From Octopus sinensis (Eukaryota): a stretch of DNA of 22,178 nucleotides. The stretch is taken from positions 1 to 22,178 of the forward strand of contig NW_021837007.1 in the NCBI RefSeq assembly GCF_006345805.1, given 5' to 3'. A program made the position numbers and the translations under genes. Each line of letters opens with the position of its first letter. The stretch's first letter is position 1. Shown piece by piece: positions 11,044 through 21,614 of this stretch. The notes under the pieces were generated by a model that was not told the DNA's origin, did no database searches, and worked only from the letters and a program-made list of their open reading frames with translations.

Positions 11044-11682
11044 GCATGCACTCGTCCAGTGCCCGATCATTGCTGACCTATGGGCCTAACACCTGCTGTT
11101 GCGCGTGACGCGGGTCCGGTTATCAACTGAATCCATCGTGAAGATCGTCCCGCCGCTTTCTTTTAACCGGGAAGGAAAGACTGTTTTTATATGCCCGGTG
11201 GCCATGGCGAAAGAAGTTGTGTGGTGGACGAGAATAAAGGGGTCTGAAGACAAACACTTTTCTCTTTGGCCAATCCCTAATAAACTTCTTCAAGTTTCAC
11301 TTGAAAGGAAAATAAAGGTAGAGAGGGAAGTGTTGTCTTCTTGTCAGTTTGTCGAAAGGTGAATGAAAGTGGCGAGAATGGTGCGGGCGAACGGACCCTT
11401 GACCTGAGCATACGCCTGTAGTTGGAAAGAGGACAGAAAACGAAAAAAGGTACCTGTTCCAAAAGTCAGGGTACCGATGGTTTTTATGGGGATTTTCCAT
11501 GAGCAGCCCTCGAACCCTTCTCCTCCCTATTGAGGATCACACATTGTTGATCTTTTTTTTTATATTTTATTAGTCTTGTTTACACGCAAACCCCTCACAA
11601 CTACACACACATACACACACACATTTTGTTTTGTCCTGTGCTGTTTTTTTTCATGCAAACCCTTGTGGTTAATAAAGAAATC
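11044..11682 (+). mobile_element. L1/Tx1-clade LINE 3' fragment (ORF2 C-terminus plus 3' UTR)
   Basis: HALVQCPIIADLWA* (end of the CCHC knuckle) ... VAMAKEVVWWTR ... FFKFHLK.KIKVEREVLSSCQFVER*MKVA, the typical L1/Tx1 ORF2 terminus with W and Y codons mutated to stops; the 3' UTR ends AATAAAGAAATC before (ATT)n. Confidence 0.72.
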
Positions 11683-11705
11683 ATTATTATAATTATTATT
11701 ATTAC

Positions 11706-11786
<81 letters not shown>

Positions 11787-11838
11787 CATCATCATCATCA
11801 TCATCATCATCGTCGTCGTCGTCGTCATCATCATCATT
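11683..11838. repeat. (ATT)n-(ATC)n-(GTC)n microsatellite
   Basis: Direct reading; abuts the LINE 3' end. Confidence 0.95.
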
Positions 11839-12639
11839 ATATAAAAAAAAAGTCATTATTAATATTCTTTAGTAATTAGGTGTTTTATATATCGTATTGT
11901 ACGTATATAAATTTTCCCATTAATGTGGGATTTTTTTAAAAAATCCCTTATTACTGAACTATATTTGCAGCGTTAATACTGCTTAATACGCTCGACAACA
12001 ACAGGAAAATAGTTAATAAAATATGTTGTCATCAACAATGAGCGTTAGACTGGGTGACGCCGTGCACCCAGGGTTTCAACAGCTGACGTACGGCTGAGCA
12101 TAAGGTCAACTGCAAGACCAACTACAGCTACACAAACTGACATGGTTATCTTCAACGTACCACAAGGGACATGGAGCATAAAAAAAGACAATCTATGGAT
12201 CAAGCTTTGTCATATTATGGAGACGTGGTTCCTATACTTTCGGTTTCTTTCCTTCGGGGTCATCGTCTTTTCAATAATGAAAACACGATGGAGAAGAATG
12301 GCTTGTTAAGAACCATACTTAGGAAGCATAGAAGAACTACGAGTCTATTACATAGTCTTTTTGCTAATACTGCACGCTGTGATTTCTCTAAAGAATTCTG
12401 TCGAAAATATTCCTTATTTCATTTCCATTTTGTTGGGTGGCAGGGTGGAAGCATTTTGAATGCCAGAACCTTTATATAGATGTTGCATAATTAAAATAAT
12501 TTTGCTGTATTACTATACTTCTGCTGGTAAGCTCCTTTATACTGGAGAATACGTGTGTATATCTGTGAATATACCACATGTATTATACACAAACGCACAT
12601 GTGAGGTCATATCTATCCACCTTCTTACTCTTATTCTTT

Positions 12640-12706
12640 CTCTCTCTCTATATATATATATGCATGTGTGTGTGTGTGTGTGAATGTGTTTGTGTGTGTG
12701 TATGCT

Positions 12707-12738
<32 letters not shown>

Positions 12739-13130
12739 CGACTGAGGGGACAAACGAAAGTGGCACTAAAGTTGCACGGAGTCGAATGAAACTTTGCGTG
12801 TGTGTATGTATGTGTGCATGTATGTATGTACATGTGTGTATGTATATATGTATGTATGTGTATGTATGTACATACGTATGTATGTATGTATGTATGTATG
12901 TATGTATGTATGTATATATGTATGTATGTATGTATGTATGTGTACGTATGTGTTTGCATGTATATGTATGTATGTATGTTTGTATATACGAATGTATATA
13001 TGTACGTATGTGTATATGCATGTACGTATGTATGTACGTATGTATGCATGTACGTATGTATATTCGTATGTATGTACGTACGTATGTATGCATGTATGAA
13101 AGTACGTACGTACGTATGTATGCACGCATG

Positions 13131-13163
<33 letters not shown>

Positions 13164-13197
13164 GTGTGTGTTGTGTGTGTGTGTGTGTATACGTGTG
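12640..13197. repeat. (TG)n and degenerate (TATG)n arrays
   Basis: Direct reading. Confidence 0.93.
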
Positions 13198-13229
13198 ACT
13201 AGAAATACCTCATATATGTGTAGGGAATA

Positions 13230-13888
13230 GTATTAGTAGTGGTGATCGTGAGGGTGGAAAGGTGGTGGTAGTGATGGTGGTTGTGGTGCTGGTGGTGGTA
13301 GTAGTAGTGATGATGGTGGTGGTGGTGGTGGTGGTGGTGGTGGTGGTGATGTTAGGGGCTGTATTTGTGTTATTGCTGGTTGTGGTTGTTAGTGGTGTTG
13401 TTGTTGGTGGTATTGAAGGTGGTGGAAGTGGTAGTAGTAATGGTGTTGGTTGTGTGACAGTGGCAGTGATGGTGGTGATGGTGTTATTGATGCTAATTGC
13501 GATATTTGTGGTCGACGGTGTTGTTGTTATTGCTATAGCTGCTGCTGGTGAGTGTGATGGTAGTGGCTGTGGAGGTGGTGGTTGTTGTAATGGTAGTAGT
13601 AGTGGTGGTGGTGGTGGTGGTGGTGGTGGTGATGGTGCTGCTGCTGCTGTTGGTGTATGTGGAGCAGTGGTGACGGCGCAGTGGTGGTGGCACAGTGATT
13701 GCGGCACGGTCGTGGCGGCATGGTCGTCGCGGCACAGTACTGGTGGCACAGTGACGACGTCACAATCGCGGTGGCGAAGTAATGACAGCGAAGTGATGGC
13801 GGCACAGTGATGGTGGCATGGCGGCGGTGGCGGTGGTGGTGTCGGTGGTGGTGGTGGTGGTGGTGGTGGTGGTGGTGGTGGTGGTGGT
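13230..13888. repeat. (GGT)n-rich region containing a degenerate 14-bp minisatellite (13663-13820)
   Basis: About 11 units resembling GGCACAGTGATGGY. Confidence 0.85.
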
Positions 13889-14198
13889 GTAAGTCTTTGA
13901 CAGTCACCGTTTTCTTTCAGTCATGCTATCGTAACAATATTTGACGGAAGTTGACGGTCCGATACAACTTAGACTACTTATGAACTAGTCGATAGCATTG
14001 GACACTTGCAAAAGGTAACAAACAATAAGAACAAAACTAAAAACAACAATAACTATACTACTAACAACGGCAACAACGACAATACAACGAACAGCAAACA
14101 ACAATACAACTAACAACAGTAACATAACTCAAAATACAGCAAACAACAACACAACTAGCTGTAGCAATGCAACTAACAACAAAAACAGCAACACAGCT

Positions 14199-14854
14199 AA
14201 CAACATCAGCACAACAACACAACAACAACACAACAACCAGCAACACAACTAACAACAAATAACGCAGCTAACAACAAACAACACAACTAACAACAACAGC
14301 AACACAGCTAACAACAACATCAGCACAACAACAACATAACAACAAACAACACAATTAACAACAAACAACACAGCTAACAACAACATCAGCACAACAACAC
14401 AACAACAACACAACAACCAGCAACACAACTAACAACAAATAACGCAGCTAACGACAAACAACACAACTAACAACAACAGCAACACAGCTAACAACAACAT
14501 CAGCACAACAACAACATAACAACAAACAACACAATTAACAACAAACAACACAGCTAACAACAACATCAGCACAACAACACAACAACAACACAACAACCAG
14601 CAACACAACTAACAACAAATAACGCAGCTAACGACAAACAACACAACTAACAACAACAGCAACACAGCTAACAACAACATCAGCACAACAACAACATAAC
14701 AACAAACAACACAATTAACAACAAACAACACAGCTAACAACAACATCAGCACAACAACACAACAACAACACAACAACCAGCAACACAACTAACAACAAAT
14801 AACGCAGCTAACAACAAACAACACAACTAACAACAACAGCAACACAGCTAACAA
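14199..14854. repeat. 180-bp tandem satellite, about 3.6 near-identical units built from AAC-rich subunits
   Basis: Sequence at 14221, 14401, 14581 and 14761 is identical apart from one A/G site. Confidence 0.95.
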
Positions 14855-15019
14855 TAATAACAACAACAATACAACAATAAAAATACAATAACAACTCAAC
14901 GAAAAGCCCAACCCATTGCTTCTGCTTTCGCTTTTGTTTTTTTTGTATATTTTTACTGCTTTTTTTCTTCTTTAATATTTTTTCTTCTTTCGTTGTTTTC
15001 ACGTTTTTTCGTTCTTTTT

Positions 15020-15099
15020 GTTGTTGTTGTTTCGTGTTGGTGGAGGAAACGGCAATGATGTCGGTGGTGGTGGTAGAAGTAGTAGTGTTGTTATTGTTG

Positions 15100-15131
<32 letters not shown>

Positions 15132-15290
15132 GGTGGTGGTGGTGGTGGTGGTGGTGGTGGTAGTGGTAGTGGTGGTGGTTGATGGCAGTAGTTTTAATGG
15201 TGGTGGTAGTATTGTTGTTGTTGTTGTTGTTGTTATTGCTACTGTTGTAGTAGTTGTTATTGTTGGCAGTGGTGGTGCCGACGGTGGCGA
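15020..15290. repeat. (GTT)n/(GGT)n arrays
   Basis: Direct reading. Confidence 0.93.
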
Positions 15291-15777
15291 AGATGACAGA
15301 GGAGATGTTAGCCATTTTGTTGATGTTATCTAGACATAATGTATGCAGGACTATATCCAGACATGCGCAGTTAGCACAATTCGGTAATTATGGCGAATTA
15401 TCAGTTGTTCACACTTGGATATTTCTGAAAAAAAAATTATTTTTATTTGTTTTTTGTTGTTTTTCTTTACAGAAACAAAAACTAATAAAGTCTTTGATGT
15501 CATCGTGGCCTGAGAATCAAATATGGAAGACTTTTCACCGATATTTCATCTTTTTTCCCCACTACAGGGACATATATTAACTTGCTAAAAATGGCAGTCA
15601 AAGCTTCCTCATATCGTACGCTACCGTCTTTAAAATGAAAGGACTACATTTTATGATGTACTCCTAGGTATACTCTGTCTTTAAAAAAATGAAGACGAAA
15701 TGGTCACGGCTGGAGGATTTCGAGAAGAGAGGACTTAAGAGTTCGAATTAATATTCTTTTGTTAATCTCTCAACTGT

Positions 15778-16002
15778 GGCAGCGAGCGAGTAGAATCTTT
15801 AGTGAGCCGGACAGAATGCTTACTGATATTTCTTCCGGTTTTTTACGTTCTGGGCTGAAATTCTGCCAAAGTCGACTTCCCCTTTCATCCCATTCGGGGT
15901 GGATAAAATAAAGTACCAACTGAGCATGCGCTGAGGTCGCTGTAATCCACTTCCTGTCTCCCTTAAGAAATTGCTAAACTTGTGTCAACTTTCGAAGCCA
16001 TC
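15778..16002 (+). mobile_element. SINE family B, old full-length copy
   Basis: GGCAGCGAGC..AGAATC.TTAG..GCCGGACAGAATGCTT..AAGTCGACTT..CCTTTCATCC..TTCGGGGTGGATAAAATAAAGTACCA. Confidence 0.8.
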
Positions 16003-16116
16003 AACGACGGACAAAACGCTTCGTGGCATTTCTTCCGGCCCCTTACATTCGGAGTTCAAATGCCAGAGTGATTGACTTTGCCTCTCATCTTTTCGGGGTC
16101 GTTCAAAATAAGTACC

Positions 16117-16348
16117 TATTTCTTTATTACCCACAAGGGGCTAAACACAGAGCGGACAAACAAGGACAGACATAAGTATTAAGTCGATTACATCGACCCC
16201 AGTGCGTAACTGGTACTTAATTTATCGACCCCGAAAGGATGAAAGGCAAAGTCGACCTCGGCGGAATTTGAACTCACAACGTAACGCAGACGAAATACCG
16301 CTAAGCATTTCGCCCGGCGTGCTATCATTTCTGCCAGCTCGCCGCCTT
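16117..16348 (-). mobile_element. SINE family B, tail type 2, young full-length copy
   Basis: Near-identical to 9115-9347; perfect 12-bp TSD AAAATAAGTACC at 16105-16116 and 16354-16365. Confidence 0.92.
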
Positions 16349-16407
16349 GATTGAAAATAAGTACCAGCTGAACATTGAGGTCCATATAAGCAATTCACTC
16401 CCTCTCC

Positions 16408-16715
16408 GTGAGGGTGCGTGTCTTCATGGTTAGCGCATTCGGTTCATGATCGAAGGTCGTGTGTCCGATAACCAACCGTGCGCTGTGGCCTTGAGCATGT
16501 TACTCCAGTCATTGCAAAAATGAATCGTACGTGTAATTCAAAGGGCCAGCCTTGTCACATTTTGTGCCATAATGAATCTCCTTAAGAATTACGTTAAGCG
16601 CACACCTCTGCCGGGTGTTCGGCCACTTGCACATTAATTTTACGAGTAGGGTGTTCCGTAGATCCAGTCAACCGGGACATTCATCGTTGTAACCGACGGA
16701 GTATCAGTCATAGAT
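16408..16715 (+). mobile_element. SINE family C (tRNA-like head), degenerate
   Basis: Head GAGGGTGCGTGTCTTCATGGTTAGCGCATTCGGTTCATGATCGAAGGTCGTG..CTGTGGCCTTGAGCA; flanked by the direct repeat ACTCCCTC (16397-16404, 16716-16723). Confidence 0.7.
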
Positions 16716-16825
16716 ACTCCCTCCCACTAAATTTGCTGGCCTTGTGCGAAAATGTGAAACCATTTGTATTACCTAATTAAAACTCGTTAACTTTATAATG
16801 TGTGTGCGTACAAGTGTGTGTGTGT

Positions 16826-16863
<38 letters not shown>

Positions 16864-17039
16864 GGAGCATGGCTTTGTGGCTATGGTGTTGGGATCCCGA
16901 CCATTAGGTTGAGGCTTCAATTCATGGATTGAGGGATACTTTGTGCAACGCTTCAACATCGAGGCCAACAAGTCCGTGCATGACAGCTAAATCTACAAGT
17001 CATCTTTTTTATTATCTCTCTGTTTATTTTCTCTTATTC

Positions 17040-17075
17040 CTTCTTGTGGAAGAGCGTAGGCTCGAAACGTAAAAG
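17040..17075 (+). ncRNA. Degenerate minimal hammerhead-like motif (family 2)
   Basis: Shares GAAGAGCGTAGGCTCGAAACGT.AAAGAC with 20337-20365; its core reads TTGTGGA, so probably inactive. Confidence 0.45.
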
Positions 17076-17101
17076 ACGTCTTTAGTTTTACAATAAATTT
17101 C

Positions 17102-17152
<51 letters not shown>

Positions 17153-17166
17153 CATACACATATATG

Positions 17167-17445
17167 GGCTCAGGAGTGGCTGTTCGGTAAGAAGCTTGCT
17201 TCTCAACCACATGGTTCTGGGTTCAGTCCCACTGCGTGGCACCTCGGGCAAGTGTCTTCTACTATAGCCTCGGGCCGACTAAATCTTGTGAGTGGATTTG
17301 ATAGACGGAAACAGAAAGAAGCCCGTCGTGTGTGTTTGTGTGAATGGGTTTGTCCCTTTATCATCGCATCGCAACCGGTGTTGCTGTGTTTACGTCCCTG
17401 TAACTTAGTGCTTCGACAAAAGAAACCGATAGAATAAGTACTTAG
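17167..17445 (+). mobile_element. SINE family A, 3'-truncated
   Basis: GGCTCAGGAGTGGCTGTTCGGTAAGAAGCTTGCTTCTCAACCACATGGTTCTGGGTTCAGTCCCACTGCGTGGCACC: A and B boxes; homologous to 3697-4000. Confidence 0.9.
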
Positions 17446-18342
17446 AAAAATGCTTTGAGAAGGGAAATTGTTAACCCTTTACCACCCTGGCATTCATGCA
17501 TCATATGTGATACACATTCATAACTTATTTTTACCACCAAAGTAACTGTGGGACCTGTGAAAAGAAAGCTATGAATTATTTTGAATGTATGAAACAAGGG
17601 CGAAGTAAAAGATAGAACCCAAGCATGAACGTTTAGGACAAATTTATGAAATTTATGTGGAACGGCAAATTGTGTGAAATAGGAAATCCGCATGTAATGT
17701 CATAAGTGAGAGACGAAGTCAGAGTAAAAATAAGAAAAAAGTGGAAATTTTACCGGTGAGTGTGTTACATAATAAGGCACAAAAAGAAAATGACTCTCCC
17801 CAGTCACAACAGAATATGCTTCAACACACGAACTCATATAAAGAATCTTGCAAACCAAATCCCAAAACGAAACAGAGTAAACTTTGTTTTCTTATATAAA
17901 CTCGTTAGACGTTTGCTTGTCCTCTGTATCGTTAGACGTTTGCTTGTCCTCTGTGTTGATACACAGGGAATATTTCCTTGGCTTCTATGAATCACAAATG
18001 ATACACGTTCATAATTATTTACAATCACTGAAGTAACTTCGGACTTATGAAGAAAAAGCTTTAAATTACTCAGAATATGGGAAATATAGACTAACTAAAA
18101 GCATGGATGTCAAGGGCAAACTTAGGACAATGCTTTCGACAGGGCAAAGGGTCAACAGGGCCCATTTTTGCTGCAAATAGTCAGACCAGGAAGCTACTTC
18201 CTTACTCTCTAACTCCCACCATTCACGGTGTCCCTGAAAATTGTAATCGATGATCCTCAGTCGCTTTTGACTAAATTATTTTAAAACAAAAGATGGCCGC
18301 CAGCATCATAAGACAACATCAGAGTTGTTTGACTGTGGCGTG

Positions 18343-18384
<42 letters not shown>

Positions 18385-18846
18385 TATTGTAAACTGTCTG
18401 GATCATAGATCTGAAAATAGATCCACTATAAAGCAATAGCAGACTAGTTTTACAGCGAATGGTATTGATAAATGGGTAGATAACGGGGTGGTCAATGACA
18501 TTGATCAATAGGGTGAGTGTACGTGTGTGTGTGTGTTTGTTTGTCTGTTTGTATTGATGTGTGTGTGTGTGTGTGTGTGTGTTTAAGTGTGTGTGTGTGT
18601 GTGTGTGTGAAATCTAACATTTCTCGGCATGAAATATAAATAGACTATATATTACCTTAAAATTGAGTACTTGCGTCTTTGTTTATTTTATAGACACACA
18701 CACACACACATGCGCATAATTTTAAGTGTATATATTCTATACATATACATACATACTAAAGTGTGTGAGTTATGTTACTATATATATATATATATAATAT
18801 ATATTATATATATATATATATATAATATATATATGTATATATATAT

Positions 18847-18885
<39 letters not shown>

Positions 18886-18898
18886 TTATATATATATG

Positions 18899-18942
<44 letters not shown>

Positions 18943-19213
18943 ATTATATATACACACAATCGCACGCGCGCACACACAAACACTTATATATATATATGCA
19001 GAGATAGGACAAAATAACGGAAACACCACTTTTTATTCATTTTATCTTATTTGTTTGTTGGCAACATAACAAATCCAAAACTGCTCTCGTCCATATATGT
19101 GTGTGTTCATATACATTATGGATGTCTTGTGCTTCAGGATAGAACCTTCTGTTTTTCCTCCTTCCTTTCCTTTTCTTTCATTATGGAAGATATTTATATA
19201 TAAATAAGTTAAA

Positions 19214-19298
19214 ATGCATGACCTATCAGATTTCCAAGGCGGACAAATCGTTAGAGCACGGATCGCTGGTGTTTCTCTCACTAAAACTGCTGAATCAC
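19214..19298 (+). pseudogene. Tc1-like transposase N-terminal relic
   Basis: MHDLSDFQGGQIVRARIAGVSLTKTAES matches the Tc1 paired-like HTH start (DLSDFQRGQIVGAR.AG.S.T.TA). Confidence 0.7.
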
Positions 19299-19351
19299 AA
19301 TTCTATATTTATGAAATGAGAAACTTATTATGTAAACTGTTTATGTAAGTC

Positions 19352-19865
19352 CAACTGGTGACCTCATCCTCATTGTAGCTTTCACTACATTTTGGTTGTT
19401 GTACGCTCCACCCTTCTTCAGGTGTTGTTTGTTGAACTCAGTTGTCTAATCGGGATAAAGATTTGATCAACGGCGGTACACTGTTCTTATTCATTCTTAG
19501 GTTCGAAATCCCTATTCGACAAGCGAGTTCAACTCAAGACACCTGAAGAAGGCTGGAGCATACAACAGCCGAAACGTAGTGAAAGCAACAATGAAGAGGA
19601 GGACACCAGAAGAGGACACCAAAAATGGATGAGAACAGTGTACTGCCGTGGATCGAATAAAGGGTTAGGTTCGAAATCCCTATTCGACAAACGAGCTCAA
19701 CACAAGACACCTGAAGAAGGGTGGAGCACGCAACAGTCAAACCGTAGTGAAAGCAACAATGAAGAAGGGGACACAAGCCCGACCGAGTTCAACACAAGAC
19801 ACCTGAAGAAGAGTAGAGTGTACAACAGCCGAAGCGTAGTGAGAGAAACAATGAAAATGAGAAGA
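19352..19865. mobile_element. Penelope-like pseudo-LTR repeat cluster: one inverted plus three direct copies
   Basis: Minus copy at 19352-19497; plus copies with CTGAAGA at 19543, 19711 (period 168) and 19803; each carries a hammerhead-like motif. Confidence 0.75.
19540..19581 (+). ncRNA. Minimal type-I hammerhead ribozyme (family 1)
   Basis: CAC-CUGAAGA-A-GGCUG-(10 nt loop)-CAGCC-GAAA-C-GUA-GUG: both core boxes, 5-bp stem II, palindromic ACGU stem III, GUA cleavage triplet and CAC/GUG stem I. Confidence 0.7.
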
Positions 19866-20134
19866 TCAAACCGACTAATATAAATATATAGTGTATATTA
19901 TTGCTGAATTGTATAATGTTTCGAGAGGTAGGCATTCGAAAACCATGGTAAAACCAGCTCTGCGAAGTATTATCTAAGACGGAAGGCAAAACTCGCAGAC
20001 AGGAACAGCGAAATAATGGAACATATTATGTCTTAAACCCATTGAACTACGGCAGCAAAAGTGGCGGCAGTGCTAAGCCACCGCTTTACCAACCTTGTGC
20101 CTATCTATCTACCTATCTATGCAATATCAGGAGT

Positions 20135-20208
20135 ATCCATTCACGGGGTATTAATCAGAACTACGTTGTTGGCAAGCAATCTTGTTACCACACAGCTACT
20201 CCTACGCC
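20135..20208 (-). mobile_element. SINE family A head fragment
   Basis: Reverse complement GGCGTAGGAGTAGCTGTGTGGTAACAAGATTGCTTGCCAACAACGTAGTTC aligns with the head at 17167. Confidence 0.7.
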
Positions 20209-20327
20209 AGTACATGTGTGGTGTGTGTGTGTGTATGTGTGTGTAGTGTAGGTGTGTGTGTACGTGTGTGTGTTGAATCGTTATTCCCTACACATTTTTT
20301 CTCTCCGTTTTTCTTATCCTCTCAATC

Positions 20328-20363
20328 CTTTCTGTCGAAGAGCGTAGGCTCGAAACGTCAAAG
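20328..20363 (+). ncRNA. Minimal type-I hammerhead-like motif (family 2, A6U core variant)
   Basis: CUUU-CUGUCGA-A-GAGC-GUAG-GCUC-GAAA-C-GUC-AAAG: 4-bp stems I and II, ACGU stem III and GUC triplet; the core differs from CUGANGA at one position. Confidence 0.6.
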
Positions 20364-20454
20364 ACTTTTCTATTCTTCCCGAGCATTAAACTAATAACCC
20401 TGTTTGTTGTTCCTTCACTTATCTTCGTCTTTTATTTTCTGTTTTTGTTTTGAA

Positions 20455-20520
<66 letters not shown>

Positions 20521-20523
20521 TGT

Positions 20524-20932
20524 AACGAAAACTTGAGCTTGACAAGCAAGTTGTCCGCGGACATTCGACGAGGCGTAGAAAGAAAAGAGACCTCACAAAA
20601 GGTGAGTGAATCTTTGACTGTTTTATTATAAATATAAACAGTACACTTTAGACGTGTGTGAGACAGAGAAAGAGTGTTGTGTGTGTGTGCATGTGTGTAG
20701 TGTGTCTGTATGTATGTGCGTGTGTGTGTGTGAACAGAATTGCTATCCAAGCCAGACGGTATTGTCGAAGTCGAACGATGCAAACAAATGGTACAAAGCA
20801 AAGAAAACAACGGTCAGAATACAAGACAAAATGGAAATGCTCGGAGCCGACCGAGAGAACAATGAGCCAGAATCTTTTCATGTCAGTCGCAAAATGGAAG
20901 AAAGAGCAGAAAAACATACGGAACCATCATGA
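20524..20932 (+). other. Possible two-exon fragment (exon ending 20601; intron 20602-20737; exon 20738-20932)
   Basis: Donor AAG|GTGAGT and acceptor AACAG|, both phase 0, with an open spliced frame ..ETSQK|NCYPSQ..HTEPS*; no recognisable homology and a weak polypyrimidine tract. Confidence 0.2.
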
Positions 20933-20940
20933 TAAAAGAC

Positions 20941-21000
<60 letters not shown>

Positions 21001-21004
21001 TATT

Positions 21005-21092
21005 ATTTATTATATAGAAGGAGCTTCTACAGGACAGTACTGTTTCATTGAAACAGTACTAGTCCTGTAGAAGCTCCTTCTATATAATAAAT
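21005..21092. repeat. Near-perfect fold-back inverted repeat, 43-bp arms
   Basis: 21005-21047 is the reverse complement of 21049-21092 except for one extra A at 21061. Confidence 0.95.
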
Positions 21093-21254
21093 TAATTTTA
21101 CTCTGCTATGTATTGAGTACCTTACTTACTGTGGTTAACCCCGGATCAACCCGGGACCTACATATATATATATATATAATAATATATATATACATATACA
21201 CACAACACAGCAAGGTTCTTCAAAGTTGGAAAGATCACACACGTATATTTCGTT

Positions 21255-21259
21255 GTCTG

Positions 21260-21341
<82 letters not shown>

Positions 21342-21451
21342 CCTTACCTATCTACCTACCTACATATCTCTCTATCGATCGATCAGTCGATATATCTATC
21401 GAACTATTTATTTATCTATTCATCTGTATGTATATATATATATATAGGTAA

Positions 21452-21482
<31 letters not shown>

Positions 21483-21536
21483 ATATATATATAATATATA
21501 TATATTATATATACATATATATATATATATAGGTAA

Positions 21537-21601
<65 letters not shown>

Positions 21602-21614
21602 CATAAATCGATAT

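Larger units (their letters stand above)
16003..16764 (+). mobile_element. Old SINE family B host copy interrupted by two younger SINEs
   Basis: Segments 16003-16116, 16354-16407 and 16716-16764 reassemble into a family B body plus tail, with TSDs at both interruptions. Confidence 0.75.

Noticed and set aside
12058-12479. Complex-sequence ORFs (12142-12309 and 12171-12479)
   Set aside because: No recognisable motif or splice structure; cannot be assigned without a database search.
14199-14854. 180-bp repeat as a coding Q/T/N-rich repeat
   Set aside because: The frames I read hit TAA stops within each unit, and the ORF track shows nothing spanning it.
17167-17240. tRNA gene
   Set aside because: A and B boxes are present, but the sequence continues into a SINE body found several times in the window, and no clean cloverleaf or terminator is evident.
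17903-17954. 27-bp-period tandem duplication CGTTAGACGTTTGCTTGTCCTCTGT
   Set aside because: Real but an ordinary two-copy slippage duplication.
19497-19865. Spaced direct repeats as a CRISPR array
   Set aside because: Eukaryotic context, long degenerate units, no unique spacers and no cas genes; better explained as hammerhead-bearing Penelope-type repeats.
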